Notes: generated by a model from the sequence alone, not told the origin. Positions 52,578 through 62,640 are shown, counted from the first letter of the stretch. The stretch: 64,000 bases of DNA from an uncultured Candidatus Bathyarchaeia archaeon (GCA_964529745.1 CAZGZR010000003.1:1420-65419), one strand, 5' to 3'. Program-made: numbers and translations.

Positions 52578-53672
52578 TCACTTTCTTCTCGGCAAGTGCC
52601 TCCTCTCGTAGTAGTAGAGCCCCTGCAGCGTGACAAACTGGTACGCCGCCGTCACGATGGTCGAGAACTGCTCTATATAGAAGAGGACCACGTTGAGCAC
52701 CAGGAGGGACACGAGGAGCGCCACCGACCCGAGCTCCAGCCCTTGCCTGTCCATCCCCAAGAAGATCATGATGGCGCTCAGCGCGAGGGCTAGCCCTACC
52801 GCGCCGTCGAGCACGAGATGCATCTGGGCCCAGAACTGGTCGACCCCCGAGGCTGATGGAACTTCGGATAGTATGGCTGCTAAATATTCTCCCCTCTGGG
52901 AGGGGTCGCCCGCAAACGTGTTGTACTCGAGGAACCTAATGAAGCTCGGCGTCCCCAGGATTACTAGGCTCGCCACGAGGAACACCTTGACCCTCCGCTG
53001 GTTCAGGTACTTCTCCTCAACGCCGTTGCAGAACATTATCATGTTGTCAAAGATATTGGGCTTCTCCGGCGCCACGTGAAGGCTGTCAGACTCGATGAAG
53101 TCCATGAGCTCGACTGCGAGGCTTCTAAGGCCGGAGTCGCTTGTCTTGTCGAGTATCCTTTGGAGCCTGAGGCGCATGTCCTCGTGCTCATCAGGCTCCA
53201 AGCTGTGGTCGAGCACCTCTCCGAGGGTGTCCAGCACAGCGTAGAGCTCCCCCCTGGCGTCCGTCTTTGGCTCCTTGGAGAGCTTCAGGTAGAGAAGCGC
53301 CGTCAGTAGGAAGAACGCGTATATTATGGGTGCTGCTGCAGGGTAGAAGTAGTCGTTGGCCTGGGTGATGAACTTGCCCACCTCGTCGATGAATAGGCCG
53401 ATGCCTAATCCGGAGAGAAGCGCGCTCCAGGTGAGGGCCCACTTGTTTGCGTAGATGAGGGGCAGCAGGCTTGCCGCGAACAGGAAGACCCCGCCGTAGA
53501 GGACGTGGGCGATGTGCAGGGTCTTGTTACCGAGCTGGGGGTAGCCCGCGAGCTCAAGGAACAGCCTGGTGAGGGATACGCTTGCTGCGAAGCTCAGCAG
53601 CGTTATCTGGAGGTAGGATTCGGCTCTGGTGCGTTGGACGGGTTCCCAGATGCGGCTCACTACGTGGCTCAT
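52578..53672 (-). CDS. hypothetical polytopic membrane protein
   Basis: Several TM helices at both ends with a soluble acidic middle; no family recognised. Confidence 0.5.
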   Translation of the reverse strand: MSHVVSRIWEPVQRTRAESYLQITLLSFAASVSLTRLFLELAGYPQLGNKTLHIAHVLYGGVFLFAASLLPLIYANKWALTWSALLSGLGIGLFIDEVGKFITQANDYFYPAAAPIIYAFFLLTALLYLKLSKEPKTDARGELYAVLDTLGEVLDHSLEPDEHEDMRLRLQRILDKTSDSGLRSLAVELMDFIESDSLHVAPEKPNIFDNMIMFCNGVEEKYLNQRRVKVFLVASLVILGTPSFIRFLEYNTFAGDPSQRGEYLAAILSEVPSASGVDQFWAQMHLVLDGAVGLALALSAIMIFLGMDRQGLELGSVALLVSLLVLNVVLFYIEQFSTIVTAAYQFVTLQGLYYYERRHLPRRK

Positions 53673-53735
53673 GAATAGATGTATCGCTAGAGTAACGATA
53701 AATGTGTTCTGGCGGGGCCCGAGGGAAGGCGGGGC

Positions 53736-54134
53736 TTATCTGCGCTCGGCCTTGTCCACGTCGATGAGGACGACGATGCATGCGTTCACCATTACGACGC
53801 CGTGGGTCCTCGCCTCCTCCGCCGTAGCCTCGACGGGGAACTCTAGGCCCCCCTTCACCACCGTTATCCTTCTCTTGCCCTCGGGGAGGACGCCCAGCAC
53901 GGCTTCCCCGTCCACCTTCCTCGGGTTGGGGGCGGCGACGGTGACGTCCACCATGAGGGCCTCCTCTAGCTCGGGGAAGCTCCCGAACTCGAATAGGCCG
54001 CCGAGGCCCACCATGCTGCTGTGGCTGATGGCGTCCTTCACAGCTCGCTGCGCGGCCTTGGTCTCGTCCATGCCGTGGAGGTCTATGCCCGTCCCCACCT
54101 CCAGCAGGTATCTCCTGTAGTCCATTTCGATCAA
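53736..54134 (-). CDS. conserved hypothetical protein, possibly Lin0512-family-like
   Basis: YLLEVGTGIDLHGMD.TKAAQRAVKDAI pattern recalled from the Lin0512 family; low certainty. Confidence 0.4.
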   Translation of the reverse strand: MIEMDYRRYLLEVGTGIDLHGMDETKAAQRAVKDAISHSSMVGLGGLFEFGSFPELEEALMVDVTVAAPNPRKVDGEAVLGVLPEGKRRITVVKGGLEFPVEATAEEARTHGVVMVNACIVVLIDVDKAERR

Positions 54135-54241
54135 GGGGGTATCGCGGGCACACCTTTAAAGCCTGCCGCGGCGGGGAACAGTTAAAAGAGTGGTATCAGT
54201 CTTTCTTCAAAACAACGTGAACGATAGCTGGTGAGCCGTGT

Positions 54242-55099
54242 ATGGGTATGTATAGACAGCTGGTCAGGGACAGGATCAAGGAGTTTCTGCGGGAGGATGT
54301 AGGCTACGGTGACGTCACCTCGGAGGCCCTCATCCCCGCCGACCAGATGGCCAGGGCTCGTCTTTTCTTCAGGGAGCCCGGTGTGGCGTCCGGGCTCATG
54401 GAGGCGTCCATTGTGTTCGAGCTTCTGGGCTGTGAAGTCGAGATGCATGCTATGGACGGCGACGCCGTGGAGACCGCTCAGACCCTCCTGGAGGTGGGGG
54501 GGCCCGCCGCGGCGATTCTTTCGGGGGAGCGGACGGCGCTGAACATAGTCGGCAGGATGGCCGGGATAGCCACCGTCACCGCTAGGATCGTGGGAGAGGT
54601 GAACGAGGCCAGCCCCGGGACGCGCGTTGCCGCCACCCGGAAGACCATGCCCGGTCTCCGAGACCTCGACAAGAGGGCCGTGGAGCACGGAGGCGGCGAC
54701 ACCCACCGGTTCAGGCTCGACGACTGCGTCCTCATAAAGGACAACCACCTGGAGCTGGTGCCCTCGGTCACGGAGGCGGTGCTCAGGGCCCGTGAGGCGG
54801 TTAGCTTCACAAAGAAGATCGAGGTCGAGGTGAGTTCCCTGGAGATGGCGGAGGAGGCAGCCCTCGCGGGCGCCGAGATAATAATGTTCGACAACATGGC
54901 CCCATCGGAGATACGCAGATGCCTCGCAGAGCTGGAGGAGAGAGGGCTCAGGACCGGCTTCATATACGAAGCCTCGGGCGGGATCACGTCCGAGAACGCG
55001 GCGGAGTACGCCGCCTCCGGCGTGGACATCATCAGCCTGGGCGCCCTCACCCACAGCGTCAGGAGCCTCGACGTGAAGCTAGAGATAGAGATGGTGTGA
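54242..55099 (+). CDS. nadC: nicotinate-nucleotide pyrophosphorylase (quinolinate phosphoribosyltransferase)
   Basis: QPRTase fold motifs (TRKT.PGLR, IKDNH, MFDN). Confidence 0.85.
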   Translation: MGMYRQLVRDRIKEFLREDVGYGDVTSEALIPADQMARARLFFREPGVASGLMEASIVFELLGCEVEMHAMDGDAVETAQTLLEVGGPAAAILSGERTALNIVGRMAGIATVTARIVGEVNEASPGTRVAATRKTMPGLRDLDKRAVEHGGGDTHRFRLDDCVLIKDNHLELVPSVTEAVLRAREAVSFTKKIEVEVSSLEMAEEAALAGAEIIMFDNMAPSEIRRCLAELEERGLRTGFIYEASGGITSENAAEYAASGVDIISLGALTHSVRSLDVKLEIEMV

Positions 55100-56023
55100 T
55101 TGGAGCTCAGCGATCTTCAGCGCCGCATACTGGAGCTCAAGGAGGAGAAGAAAGGAGTCCTCCTGGTCCACAACTATCAGATACCCGAGATACAGGAGAT
55201 CGCGGACTATCTGGGGGACTCGCTGCAGCTCTGCAGGCAGGCCCAGCGCGTGAAAGACGCGGAGCTCATAGTATTCTGCGGCGTGGACTTCATGGCCGAG
55301 ACGGCCGCCATACTCAACCCGGACAAGAAGGTGATAATCCCGAGCCTGGAGGCGTGCTGCCCCATGGCGGCCATGCTGCCCCTGAGCAGGCTAAGGGAGG
55401 CCAAGAGGAGGCACCCGGGGGACCCGGTGGTGCTATACGTGAACACCCTCGCCGAGGCCAAGGCAGAGGCGACTGTCATCTGCACCTCGTCAAACGCGGA
55501 CAAGATCGTCGCCAGGCTAGGCGTGGACGAGGTGATCTTCGGCCCTGACAGGAACCTTGCGTACTACGTGGAGAAGCGGGTGCCCGATGTGAAGCTCGTG
55601 GTGGTTCCCGATGACGGCTACTGCAACGTACATAAGTTTCTAGGCAACGGCGACGAGGCCATGGAGCTGAAGAAAAAGTACCCCGGCGCGGAGGTGTGGG
55701 CTCACCCTGAGTGCGAGCCCGAGTTCCAGGACAGGGCAGACTACGTGCTGTCCACCGGCGGCATGATGAGGCGGGCCGTGGAGTCGGATGCCGAGGTCTT
55801 CATCGTCGGGACCGAGCAGGGCCTCATCGACAGGCTCAGGAGCGAACACCCTCACAAGACCTTCCTGCCTGTGAAGAAGTACGCGGAGTGCGCCGCCATG
55901 AAGCGAATCGACCTGGATAATCTCTACGAGGCTCTGCTTAAGGAGCAGTACGTGGTGACGGTGCCCGAGGACACGGCGGACAAGGCTAGGCGAGCCATCG
56001 AGCGCATGCTTCAGATGAGTTAG
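55100..56023 (+). CDS. nadA: quinolinate synthase
   Basis: VLLVHNYQ, CGVDFMAETAAIL, three-Cys Fe-S ligand pattern; TTG start directly after the nadC stop. Confidence 0.85.
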   Translation: MELSDLQRRILELKEEKKGVLLVHNYQIPEIQEIADYLGDSLQLCRQAQRVKDAELIVFCGVDFMAETAAILNPDKKVIIPSLEACCPMAAMLPLSRLREAKRRHPGDPVVLYVNTLAEAKAEATVICTSSNADKIVARLGVDEVIFGPDRNLAYYVEKRVPDVKLVVVPDDGYCNVHKFLGNGDEAMELKKKYPGAEVWAHPECEPEFQDRADYVLSTGGMMRRAVESDAEVFIVGTEQGLIDRLRSEHPHKTFLPVKKYAECAAMKRIDLDNLYEALLKEQYVVTVPEDTADKARRAIERMLQMS

Positions 56024-56071
56024 CAATATTCTTTTCACGATCCTAGACGACTGATCCCTGCTGAGGAAGCG

Positions 56072-56590
56072 ATGTCAGTGATAGAGTTCCAGGGTAAGAA
56101 GCCAAAGATACATCCCTCCGTGTTCCTGGCCCCCGGGTCGTGGGTCATCGGCGACGTGACGCTTGACGAGGATGTGAACGTCTGGACCAACGCCGTCATA
56201 CGGGGCGACGATGATACGGTCAGAGTAGGCGCCCGCACCACGGTGCTGGAGGGCTGCCTCATCGAGGCCCCCACCGGGAACCCCGTTGAGATAGGTTCGG
56301 ACGTCATCGTCAGCCACGGTGCCACGGTCCACGGCGCCAGGGTGGGGGACGGCGCCATCATCGGCATCGGCGCCATAGTGCTCGACAAGGCGGGCGTGGG
56401 GGAGGGCTCCATCGGGGGCTCGGGTGCCCTGGTCTCCCCCGGCGCCGAAATACCCGCCAACCACCTGGCGCTGGGCGTGCCCGCGAAGCCCGTCAGGGAG
56501 TGCAGGGAGGCCGAGCACGAGTACATGCGTAAGGAGCATGAGAGGACCCTGAGCAAGGCCAAGGTCTACAAGAAGATATACGGCGGGTAG
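56072..56590 (+). CDS. gamma-class carbonic anhydrase-like hexapeptide-repeat protein
   Basis: Left-handed beta-helix repeats with His ligands (VIRGD....VGARTTV..GCLIEA). Confidence 0.75.
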   Translation: MSVIEFQGKKPKIHPSVFLAPGSWVIGDVTLDEDVNVWTNAVIRGDDDTVRVGARTTVLEGCLIEAPTGNPVEIGSDVIVSHGATVHGARVGDGAIIGIGAIVLDKAGVGEGSIGGSGALVSPGAEIPANHLALGVPAKPVRECREAEHEYMRKEHERTLSKAKVYKKIYGG

Positions 56591-56593
56591 CTT

Positions 56594-57250
56594 CTACTCC
56601 TTCCTGTTGTGCTTGAACGTGAACGCCGAGGGACAGATGTCGTTAAGGACGCAGTTCTCGCAGTCGGGCTTCTTGGCGGTGCACACCCTTCTGCCGTGCT
56701 CTATGAGCAGGTAGTTGGCGGCGAACCACTTATCCCGGGGTATCAGCGCCATGAGGTCCTGCTCCACCTTGTCCCGGTTCTTCTCCTCCGTGAGCCCCAG
56801 GCGGTGGCTGAGCCTCAGGACGTGGGTGTCCACTGCGATGCCCACCGTCTTGCCGAAGGCCCCAGAGAGGACGATGTTCGCCGTCTTACGGGCCACGCCC
56901 TTCAGCGTGGTGAGCTCCTCCATGGTGTCCGGGACCTTTCCGCCGTACTCCTCGACGATTGTCTTGGCGGCGGACTGGATGGCGTCGGCCTTCCTGTTAT
57001 AGAACCCGCTGGACCTGATGTCCTCGACGAGCTCATCCCTTGGCGCTTTGGCGTAGTCCTCGGCCGTCCTGTACTTCTTGAAGAGGCTCTTGGTGATCTT
57101 GTTTATCTGCTCGTCCGTGCTCTGGGCGCTGAGTATGGTGGCCACCAGGAGGTCCAGCGGCGTGGACCAGTTGAGCACCGTGCCGTGTACGTCGGGGTAC
57201 TCCTTCTCCAGCCGCCTTATGATCTCCTCCGCGCGTTCACGCTTCTCCAT
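56594..57250 (-). CDS. nth: endonuclease III (HhH-GPD DNA glycosylase with 4Fe-4S cluster)
   Basis: HhH-GPD motif (LKGVARKTANIVL...VDTHV) and C-x6-C-x2-C-x5-C cluster. Confidence 0.85.
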   Translation of the reverse strand: MEKRERAEEIIRRLEKEYPDVHGTVLNWSTPLDLLVATILSAQSTDEQINKITKSLFKKYRTAEDYAKAPRDELVEDIRSSGFYNRKADAIQSAAKTIVEEYGGKVPDTMEELTTLKGVARKTANIVLSGAFGKTVGIAVDTHVLRLSHRLGLTEEKNRDKVEQDLMALIPRDKWFAANYLLIEHGRRVCTAKKPDCENCVLNDICPSAFTFKHNRKE

Positions 57251-57310
57251 GACAAGGAGTCGTGCACGGCGTCATAAAAGCCTTGGAAGCCTTTAATTTC
57301 AGCCCGTCAG

Positions 57311-57940
57311 ATGCGTTGCCTGAGCGACTTGTTCTGGAGGAGGAAGAAGGAGGATAAGCAACGGGAGAGGCTCCCGCCCAAGCAGCGTTGGGTACCCAAG
57401 ATACTGGGCTGGGGGGTGGAGCACCCCGGCATCGTCCGCACTCTCCCCGAAGTAGAGAAGGCGGGGTGGAGCCTGGAGGTATCCGGGGAGGTGGAGAACC
57501 CCCGGTCGTTCACGTGGGACGAGTTCATGGCCTTGCCCCAGACCGAGTCGGTGAGCGACTTCCACTGCGTCGAGACTTGGAGCGTCAAGGACCAGCGTTG
57601 GGAAGGCGTGAAGTTTAGGGACCTGTTGGACGAGGTGAAGCCCACCCGCGATGCCAAGTACGTCTCACTCGGGTGCTACGACGGCTACACCACGAGCCTG
57701 CCCATCGAGGAGCTGACGGGCGACGACGTAGTCCTGGCGCACAGGCTTAACGGCGAACCCCTGCCCCAGCCGCTGGGCGGCCCCATGAGGCTGGTGGTGC
57801 CCCACAAGTACGCCTACAAGTCGGCGATGTGGCTGAACAAGATCGTTTTCATGAAGAGGGACAGGCTCGGCTACTGGGAGTCGGGCGTGTACAGCAACAC
57901 CGCGGACCCGTGGCGTGACGACAGGTACAGGCTGCGCTGA
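57311..57940 (+). CDS. sulfite-oxidase-family molybdopterin-binding domain protein (MsrP/YedY-like)
   Basis: SO-family Moco domain motifs (F.CVE.WS...W.GV.....L, RLVVP..YAYKS.KWL). Confidence 0.7.
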   Translation: MRCLSDLFWRRKKEDKQRERLPPKQRWVPKILGWGVEHPGIVRTLPEVEKAGWSLEVSGEVENPRSFTWDEFMALPQTESVSDFHCVETWSVKDQRWEGVKFRDLLDEVKPTRDAKYVSLGCYDGYTTSLPIEELTGDDVVLAHRLNGEPLPQPLGGPMRLVVPHKYAYKSAMWLNKIVFMKRDRLGYWESGVYSNTADPWRDDRYRLR

Positions 57941-57984
57941 TGTAACCGTTAAATCATCAGCCGCCAACTATTCACCGATTGTTC

Positions 57985-59754
57985 ATGGAGTATGATGTTT
58001 TAGTAAAGAATGTCACCATCGTGGAGGGCACCGGTAAGAAGGCTTACAAGGGAAGCCTGGCGGTTAAAGGCGACAGGGTAGTGGAGACGGGCGCCGTCAA
58101 GGGCGACGCCGCCGAGACCATAGACGCCAAGGGGCTAACGGCGGTCCCCGGGTTCATCGACGCCCACAGCCACGTGGACTGGGCTCTGCTCTGGTTCCCC
58201 AAGACGGAGAGCCACGTCATGCAGGGCATCACCACCTTCGTGGGCGGCCAGTGCGGCGGAAGCCCGGCGCCCCTCGGAGAGTACATACAGGTGCCGTGGC
58301 TCCTACAGGACCACCTCGTGGACCTTGAGCCGTACAAGTACTATCCCCGGACGCCTTGGCACAGGCTGGAGAAGGTCAACGAGTGGATGGAGGAGATATA
58401 CGGCTGGACCCTAGACTGGGAGACCATGGGAGGCTTCTTCGAGCGGGTGGAGAAGACGGGCATCAGCATCAACTACGCGCCGCTGCTGGGCCACGGCACA
58501 GTCCGCACAAAGGTGATGGGCCTCGACTACAAGAGGCACAGCACCGCGGAGGAGCGTGAGCAGATGCACGAACTCATACACCAAGCCATGGAGGAGGGCT
58601 GCATAGGCTTGAGCGCCGGCCTCGACTACGACCCCGACGTCTTCGCCGACCAGGACGAGATCGTGGAGGCCGTGGCCCAGATCAGGGAATACGGCGGCGT
58701 CTACTGCCCCCACTGGAGGCGGACGGGGCGGAGGCGCGGCGTCGCCGCAGGCCACGTGCCAAACGAGAAGATCACCGCCCTCATGGAGTGTGTGGACGTC
58801 CACGAGAAGACCGGCGTGAGGCTGCACTTCGCCCACCTCAGCACCGGCTGGCAGATATACCCCGACGCTCCCCCCGAGCTGGAGGAGGCCAACCTCAAGG
58901 CCACCATAGACATGATCACCAGAGACAGCGAGGGCGAACTAGACGTCACGTGGGACGCCATACCCTTCCTCGTCCGAGGCGGGTTCAGCGTCATGCCCTA
59001 CCTCTGCGGCCTCCTGGAGCCCTGGCTCAGGGAGCTGGGCAGCCGCGAGGCCCTAGGCAAGTGGCTCGCGGTCCCGGACTTCAGGAAGGAGGTCCTCGAG
59101 GCCATAAAGGCGGGGAAGTGGTTCATCAGGGTGGCCTACAACCCCAACACCAACCCAAGATGGGCCGAGAACCTAACCGTCACCAGAAGCAAGGTGAAGG
59201 GCATTGACGGTAAATCCGTCGCCAAGATCGCCGAGGAGAGGGAGAATGACCCGTGGGAGACGTACTGCGACATCATTGTCGAAGACCCCGACACCAGGGG
59301 CGTCACAGGCACCATGAGCTTCAGCCCCGCCTACCTCCAGTACTACACCAACCCCAAGGGCATGGTGGGCCTGGACACGCTGGTGCAGGACGAGGAGTAC
59401 CAGGCCAAGAACCCGCCTTGGAGCCTCCCCGGCATAAACACCTTCGCCGCGTTCCCCATCTTCTACAAGACCCTCGTCAACGAGCGCAAGGTCTTCACCC
59501 TGGAGGAGGCGGTGCAGAAGACCAGCGTCATGGCCGCCCGCGTCCACAACCTGGAGGGGAGAGGCACCATAGAACCGGGCAGCCACGCCGACATCGTGCT
59601 CATGGACCTGCCCCACCTCGAGATCAAGGCAAACGAGATCGAGCCCAGGAAGTACCCTGACGGCGTCAGATACGTGTTCGTCAACGGAATCCCCGTCGTA
59701 AAGGAGGGCAGACACACGGGCGCCACCCCAGGCAGGGTGCTTAAACGCGCCTAA
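57985..59754 (+). CDS. N-acyl-D-amino-acid deacylase (D-aminoacylase) family amidohydrolase
   Basis: N-terminal beta-sandwich plus GFIDAHSH metal motif and the long D-aminoacylase insertion; ATG 57985. Confidence 0.75.
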   Translation: MEYDVLVKNVTIVEGTGKKAYKGSLAVKGDRVVETGAVKGDAAETIDAKGLTAVPGFIDAHSHVDWALLWFPKTESHVMQGITTFVGGQCGGSPAPLGEYIQVPWLLQDHLVDLEPYKYYPRTPWHRLEKVNEWMEEIYGWTLDWETMGGFFERVEKTGISINYAPLLGHGTVRTKVMGLDYKRHSTAEEREQMHELIHQAMEEGCIGLSAGLDYDPDVFADQDEIVEAVAQIREYGGVYCPHWRRTGRRRGVAAGHVPNEKITALMECVDVHEKTGVRLHFAHLSTGWQIYPDAPPELEEANLKATIDMITRDSEGELDVTWDAIPFLVRGGFSVMPYLCGLLEPWLRELGSREALGKWLAVPDFRKEVLEAIKAGKWFIRVAYNPNTNPRWAENLTVTRSKVKGIDGKSVAKIAEERENDPWETYCDIIVEDPDTRGVTGTMSFSPAYLQYYTNPKGMVGLDTLVQDEEYQAKNPPWSLPGINTFAAFPIFYKTLVNERKVFTLEEAVQKTSVMAARVHNLEGRGTIEPGSHADIVLMDLPHLEIKANEIEPRKYPDGVRYVFVNGIPVVKEGRHTGATPGRVLKRA

Positions 59755-59757
59755 AAC

Positions 59758-59778
59758 CATTTTTTCACCCATTTTTAC
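59758..59778 (+). terminator. oligo-T terminator (ccattttttcacccattttta)
   Basis: T6 and T5 runs just after the stop at 59754. Confidence 0.45.
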
Positions 59779-59897
59779 GTGAATAATGACTATATTTACC
59801 GGCTTAACCCCGTGGATTCGCTCAGGGAAAATCCTTTTAACCTTTTGCTATGCTTATCTTACGCACCAGCGTAAAAACTAGCAAATGAGGAGTCAAA

Positions 59898-60170
59898 ATG
59901 GAGAGATCTAACACCGTTTACATCGGACGGAAGCCTGTCCTCAACTATGTACTGGCGTGTATGACCCTGTTCAAGAGCGGCCACGGGGAGATAGTCGTGA
60001 AGGCGAGGGGCCGAAGCATCAGCCGAGCGGTTGACGTCGTGGAGGTCCTCAGGAACAGGTTCATGCCTAAGGCTGAGGTAGTGAAGATCGAGATAGGCAC
60101 CGACAAGATAGAGACCGATGACAGGGGCCCCTCTAACGTAAGCACCATTGACATATACGTCAAGGCTTAG
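59898..60170 (+). CDS. albA: chromatin protein Alba
   Basis: Alba signature (NTVYIGRKPV.NYVLA...GEIV.KARGRSISRAVDVVE.LR); leaderless with TATA/BRE at about 59868. Confidence 0.85.
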   Translation: MERSNTVYIGRKPVLNYVLACMTLFKSGHGEIVVKARGRSISRAVDVVEVLRNRFMPKAEVVKIEIGTDKIETDDRGPSNVSTIDIYVKA

Positions 60171-60737
60171 GTGGGAACGGGCGGATCATCCACGTTGACC
60201 CCTCCGAGCGCCGGAGGAACCATCAACGTGCAAATACAGCTATGCGAGTTCTGTCTGAAGAGCGGGATGCTCTGCTCGAAGTGCCAGCGTAAGGTGGAGT
60301 CAGGCGAAGTAAGCGAAACATACATGGAGGTAGCCAAGGCGCTGCTGGAGATGGAGAACGAGTACCCTTTCCTCCAGAAGACGAGGCTCGACAACGTCCT
60401 GGACGCGGGCAGGTTCCTCGTCCTCGTGGTGGGTAAAGGAGACGTGGCCAAGTTCAACGCAGAGCCCAAGCTCACCCGCGACCTCGGGGACAAGTTCAAC
60501 AAGAGGGTCCTCGTCCTAGAGTCAGGGACCAAGGACAGGCAGTTCCTCGAGGACCTCTTCGCCAACCAGCACATCGTCACCATGAACATCATCTGGCTGC
60601 CTGACGGAAGCACCGAGACCCGCGTCGTCCTACAGGGCCGAGGGTCGAGGCGTCTGAGCAAGAAGCGGCTTAAGGCGCTCACGTCGGTCGCGAAGACCGT
60701 GCGAAACATGGATCTGCGCGTCGAGTACGCCTACTGA
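60171..60737 (+). CDS. hypothetical Zn-ribbon protein with possible KH-like GxxG modules; start uncertain (GTG 60171 or ATG near 60270)
   Basis: CEFCLKSGMLCSKCQRK ribbon; VVGKGD and LQGRGS GxxG-like loops; abuts the alba stop. Confidence 0.35.
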   Translation: MGTGGSSTLTPPSAGGTINVQIQLCEFCLKSGMLCSKCQRKVESGEVSETYMEVAKALLEMENEYPFLQKTRLDNVLDAGRFLVLVVGKGDVAKFNAEPKLTRDLGDKFNKRVLVLESGTKDRQFLEDLFANQHIVTMNIIWLPDGSTETRVVLQGRGSRRLSKKRLKALTSVAKTVRNMDLRVEYAY

Positions 60738-60797
60738 CCGCCAAACTTTTTATACCCTACAACTGTTCCTAGCCTCGTATAAACCGGAGCCAGGGAC

Positions 60798-62135
60798 ATG
60801 TTTGAACGCACCTACATCGAGGACGCCGGCCGCCGCACCGGCGAGAGGGTGACCCTAGCCGGCTGGGTGAGCCGCACCAGGGACCTCAAGAACATACGCT
60901 TCATAGTGCTCAGGGACAGGACGGGGGAGATCCAGGTGGTGGTGAAGCCGGACTGCCCGGAGATTTTCGAGCTGAGCCTGGGCCGCGAGGACGTGGTGGC
61001 GGTCACCGGTGTGGCGGTGGAGAGCGACGTGGCGAAGGCCGGCGTCGAGTTCATCCCCGATGGCATCGAGGTCATAAACAGGTCCCAGCAGCCTCTGCCC
61101 GTGGACATACTGGAGAACAAGAAGAGCGACCTGGACACGCGGCTCAACTGGAGGTTCCTAGACTTCCGCAGCCCCACCACCAACGCCATATTCCGGGTCC
61201 AGAACGCCCTGGTCAAGGGCTTCAGGGAGCACCTGACGGCGGAGGGCTACATGGAGTTCCAGCCGCCGTGCATCATCGGCAGCGCCAGCGAGGGCGGCGC
61301 CGACCTCTTCGCCATCCCCTACTTCGAGAAGACGGCCTACCTGGCCCAGAGCCCCCAGCTGTACAAGCAGATGTGCGCCATGAGCTTCGAGAAGGTATTC
61401 ACCATAACGCCGATCTGGCGGGCCGAGAAGTTCAACACGCCTACCCACCTCAACGAGGTCCGGCAGATGGACATAGAGCAGGCGTTCGCCGACGACGAGA
61501 CGGTGATGTCTGTGCTGGAGGAGACCCTGGTCCACATGCTGACGGAGGCCAGGGAGGAGACGTGGGAGCAGCTGGGGCTCCTGGAAAGGGAGCTCGCTGT
61601 CCCGGATATCCCGTTCAGGCGGGTCACCTACACCGACGCCATTGGACTGCTTCAGGGCGCTGGGGAGACGATAGTGTGGGGCGACGACTTCACCAAGAGC
61701 CAGGAGGCGTTGCTCACGGAGCTGGTGGGGGAGGAGGCTTTCTTCCTCAAGGACTGGCCCGGGGAGCAGAAGACTTTCTACGCCATGCCGTACGACGAGG
61801 AGAACCCGAGGGACGCCGCCTACCTGGAGGAGACCTACGGCTCCGCGGAGATGGGCGGAAGGTTGGTCAAGGCTTTCGACCTCCTCTACGGCGGCATCGA
61901 GGTGAGCAGCGGCACCATGCGCATACATCTCCCTGAGCTCCTCAGGGAGCGCATCCGGTATAAGGGCCTGAACCCGGACAACTTCGGTTACTACCTGGAC
62001 GCGTTCAGGTACGGGGCGCCGCCCCACGCCGGGTGGAGCGTCGGCATGGAGCGTATAACCATGGCGGTGACGGGGCAGAGCAACATCAGGGAGTGCTGCA
62101 TGTTTCCCAGGGACCGGGACAGGCTGGTGCCCTAG
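60798..62135 (+). CDS. aspS: aspartyl-tRNA synthetase (archaeal type)
   Basis: N-terminal OB anticodon-binding domain, class II motifs 1-3 (FRVQNALV, QSPQLYKQ, GGIEVSSGTMRIH). Confidence 0.9.
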   Translation: MFERTYIEDAGRRTGERVTLAGWVSRTRDLKNIRFIVLRDRTGEIQVVVKPDCPEIFELSLGREDVVAVTGVAVESDVAKAGVEFIPDGIEVINRSQQPLPVDILENKKSDLDTRLNWRFLDFRSPTTNAIFRVQNALVKGFREHLTAEGYMEFQPPCIIGSASEGGADLFAIPYFEKTAYLAQSPQLYKQMCAMSFEKVFTITPIWRAEKFNTPTHLNEVRQMDIEQAFADDETVMSVLEETLVHMLTEAREETWEQLGLLERELAVPDIPFRRVTYTDAIGLLQGAGETIVWGDDFTKSQEALLTELVGEEAFFLKDWPGEQKTFYAMPYDEENPRDAAYLEETYGSAEMGGRLVKAFDLLYGGIEVSSGTMRIHLPELLRERIRYKGLNPDNFGYYLDAFRYGAPPHAGWSVGMERITMAVTGQSNIRECCMFPRDRDRLVP

Positions 62136-62160
62136 GTTGACGCGGCCCAGCGACTACAAG

Positions 62161-62502
62161 ATGGTCATCGTGGTCCGCACCGACCTGGGGATGAGCGTCG
62201 GCAAGATGGTGGCCCAGGCGTGCCACGCCGCGGTGGCGGCCAGCGAGGAGTCCAAGAGGATACGAACCAAGCACTGGCGCAGGTGGAGGGACACGGGGGG
62301 CAGGAAGGTGGCCCTGGAGGCGGAGAGCCTGGAGGAGCTGAGGGAGCTGGCTCAGCGGGCCGAGGAGCTGGGCATCGTCAACGTGCTGATCGAGGACGCC
62401 GGCCACACGGAGGTGCCGCCTGGGACCGTCACGTGTCTGGGTGTAGGACCCGACCAGGCCATGAAGATCGACGAGGTAACCGGGGACCTCCCCCTGCTGT
62501 AG
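62161..62502 (+). CDS. pth2: peptidyl-tRNA hydrolase, archaeal PTH2 type
   Basis: MVIVVRTDLGMSVGKMVAQACHAAV matches the PTH2 N-terminus; ATG 62161 preferred over the upstream TTG. Confidence 0.8.
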   Translation: MVIVVRTDLGMSVGKMVAQACHAAVAASEESKRIRTKHWRRWRDTGGRKVALEAESLEELRELAQRAEELGIVNVLIEDAGHTEVPPGTVTCLGVGPDQAMKIDEVTGDLPLL

Positions 62503-62640
62503 TGGGGCGCTGGGTAGCTTCTCAGTTGCCCCTGCGTTGTGGGCTTTCCCTCCTTCGGTCGGTGTCTCCGTGTTGGTTTGTTTTCGTTGTAGTAGGTTAG
62601 TTACTGTAAGCGTTTTCGGGGGGGACGACATGCCGCTTGG
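62503..62640 (+). terminator. G/T-rich terminator region after pth2
   Basis: ttttcgttgt and gcgttttcgg T runs; shares the 10-mer TTTTCGTTGT with the 20835-20960 terminator region. Confidence 0.3.
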
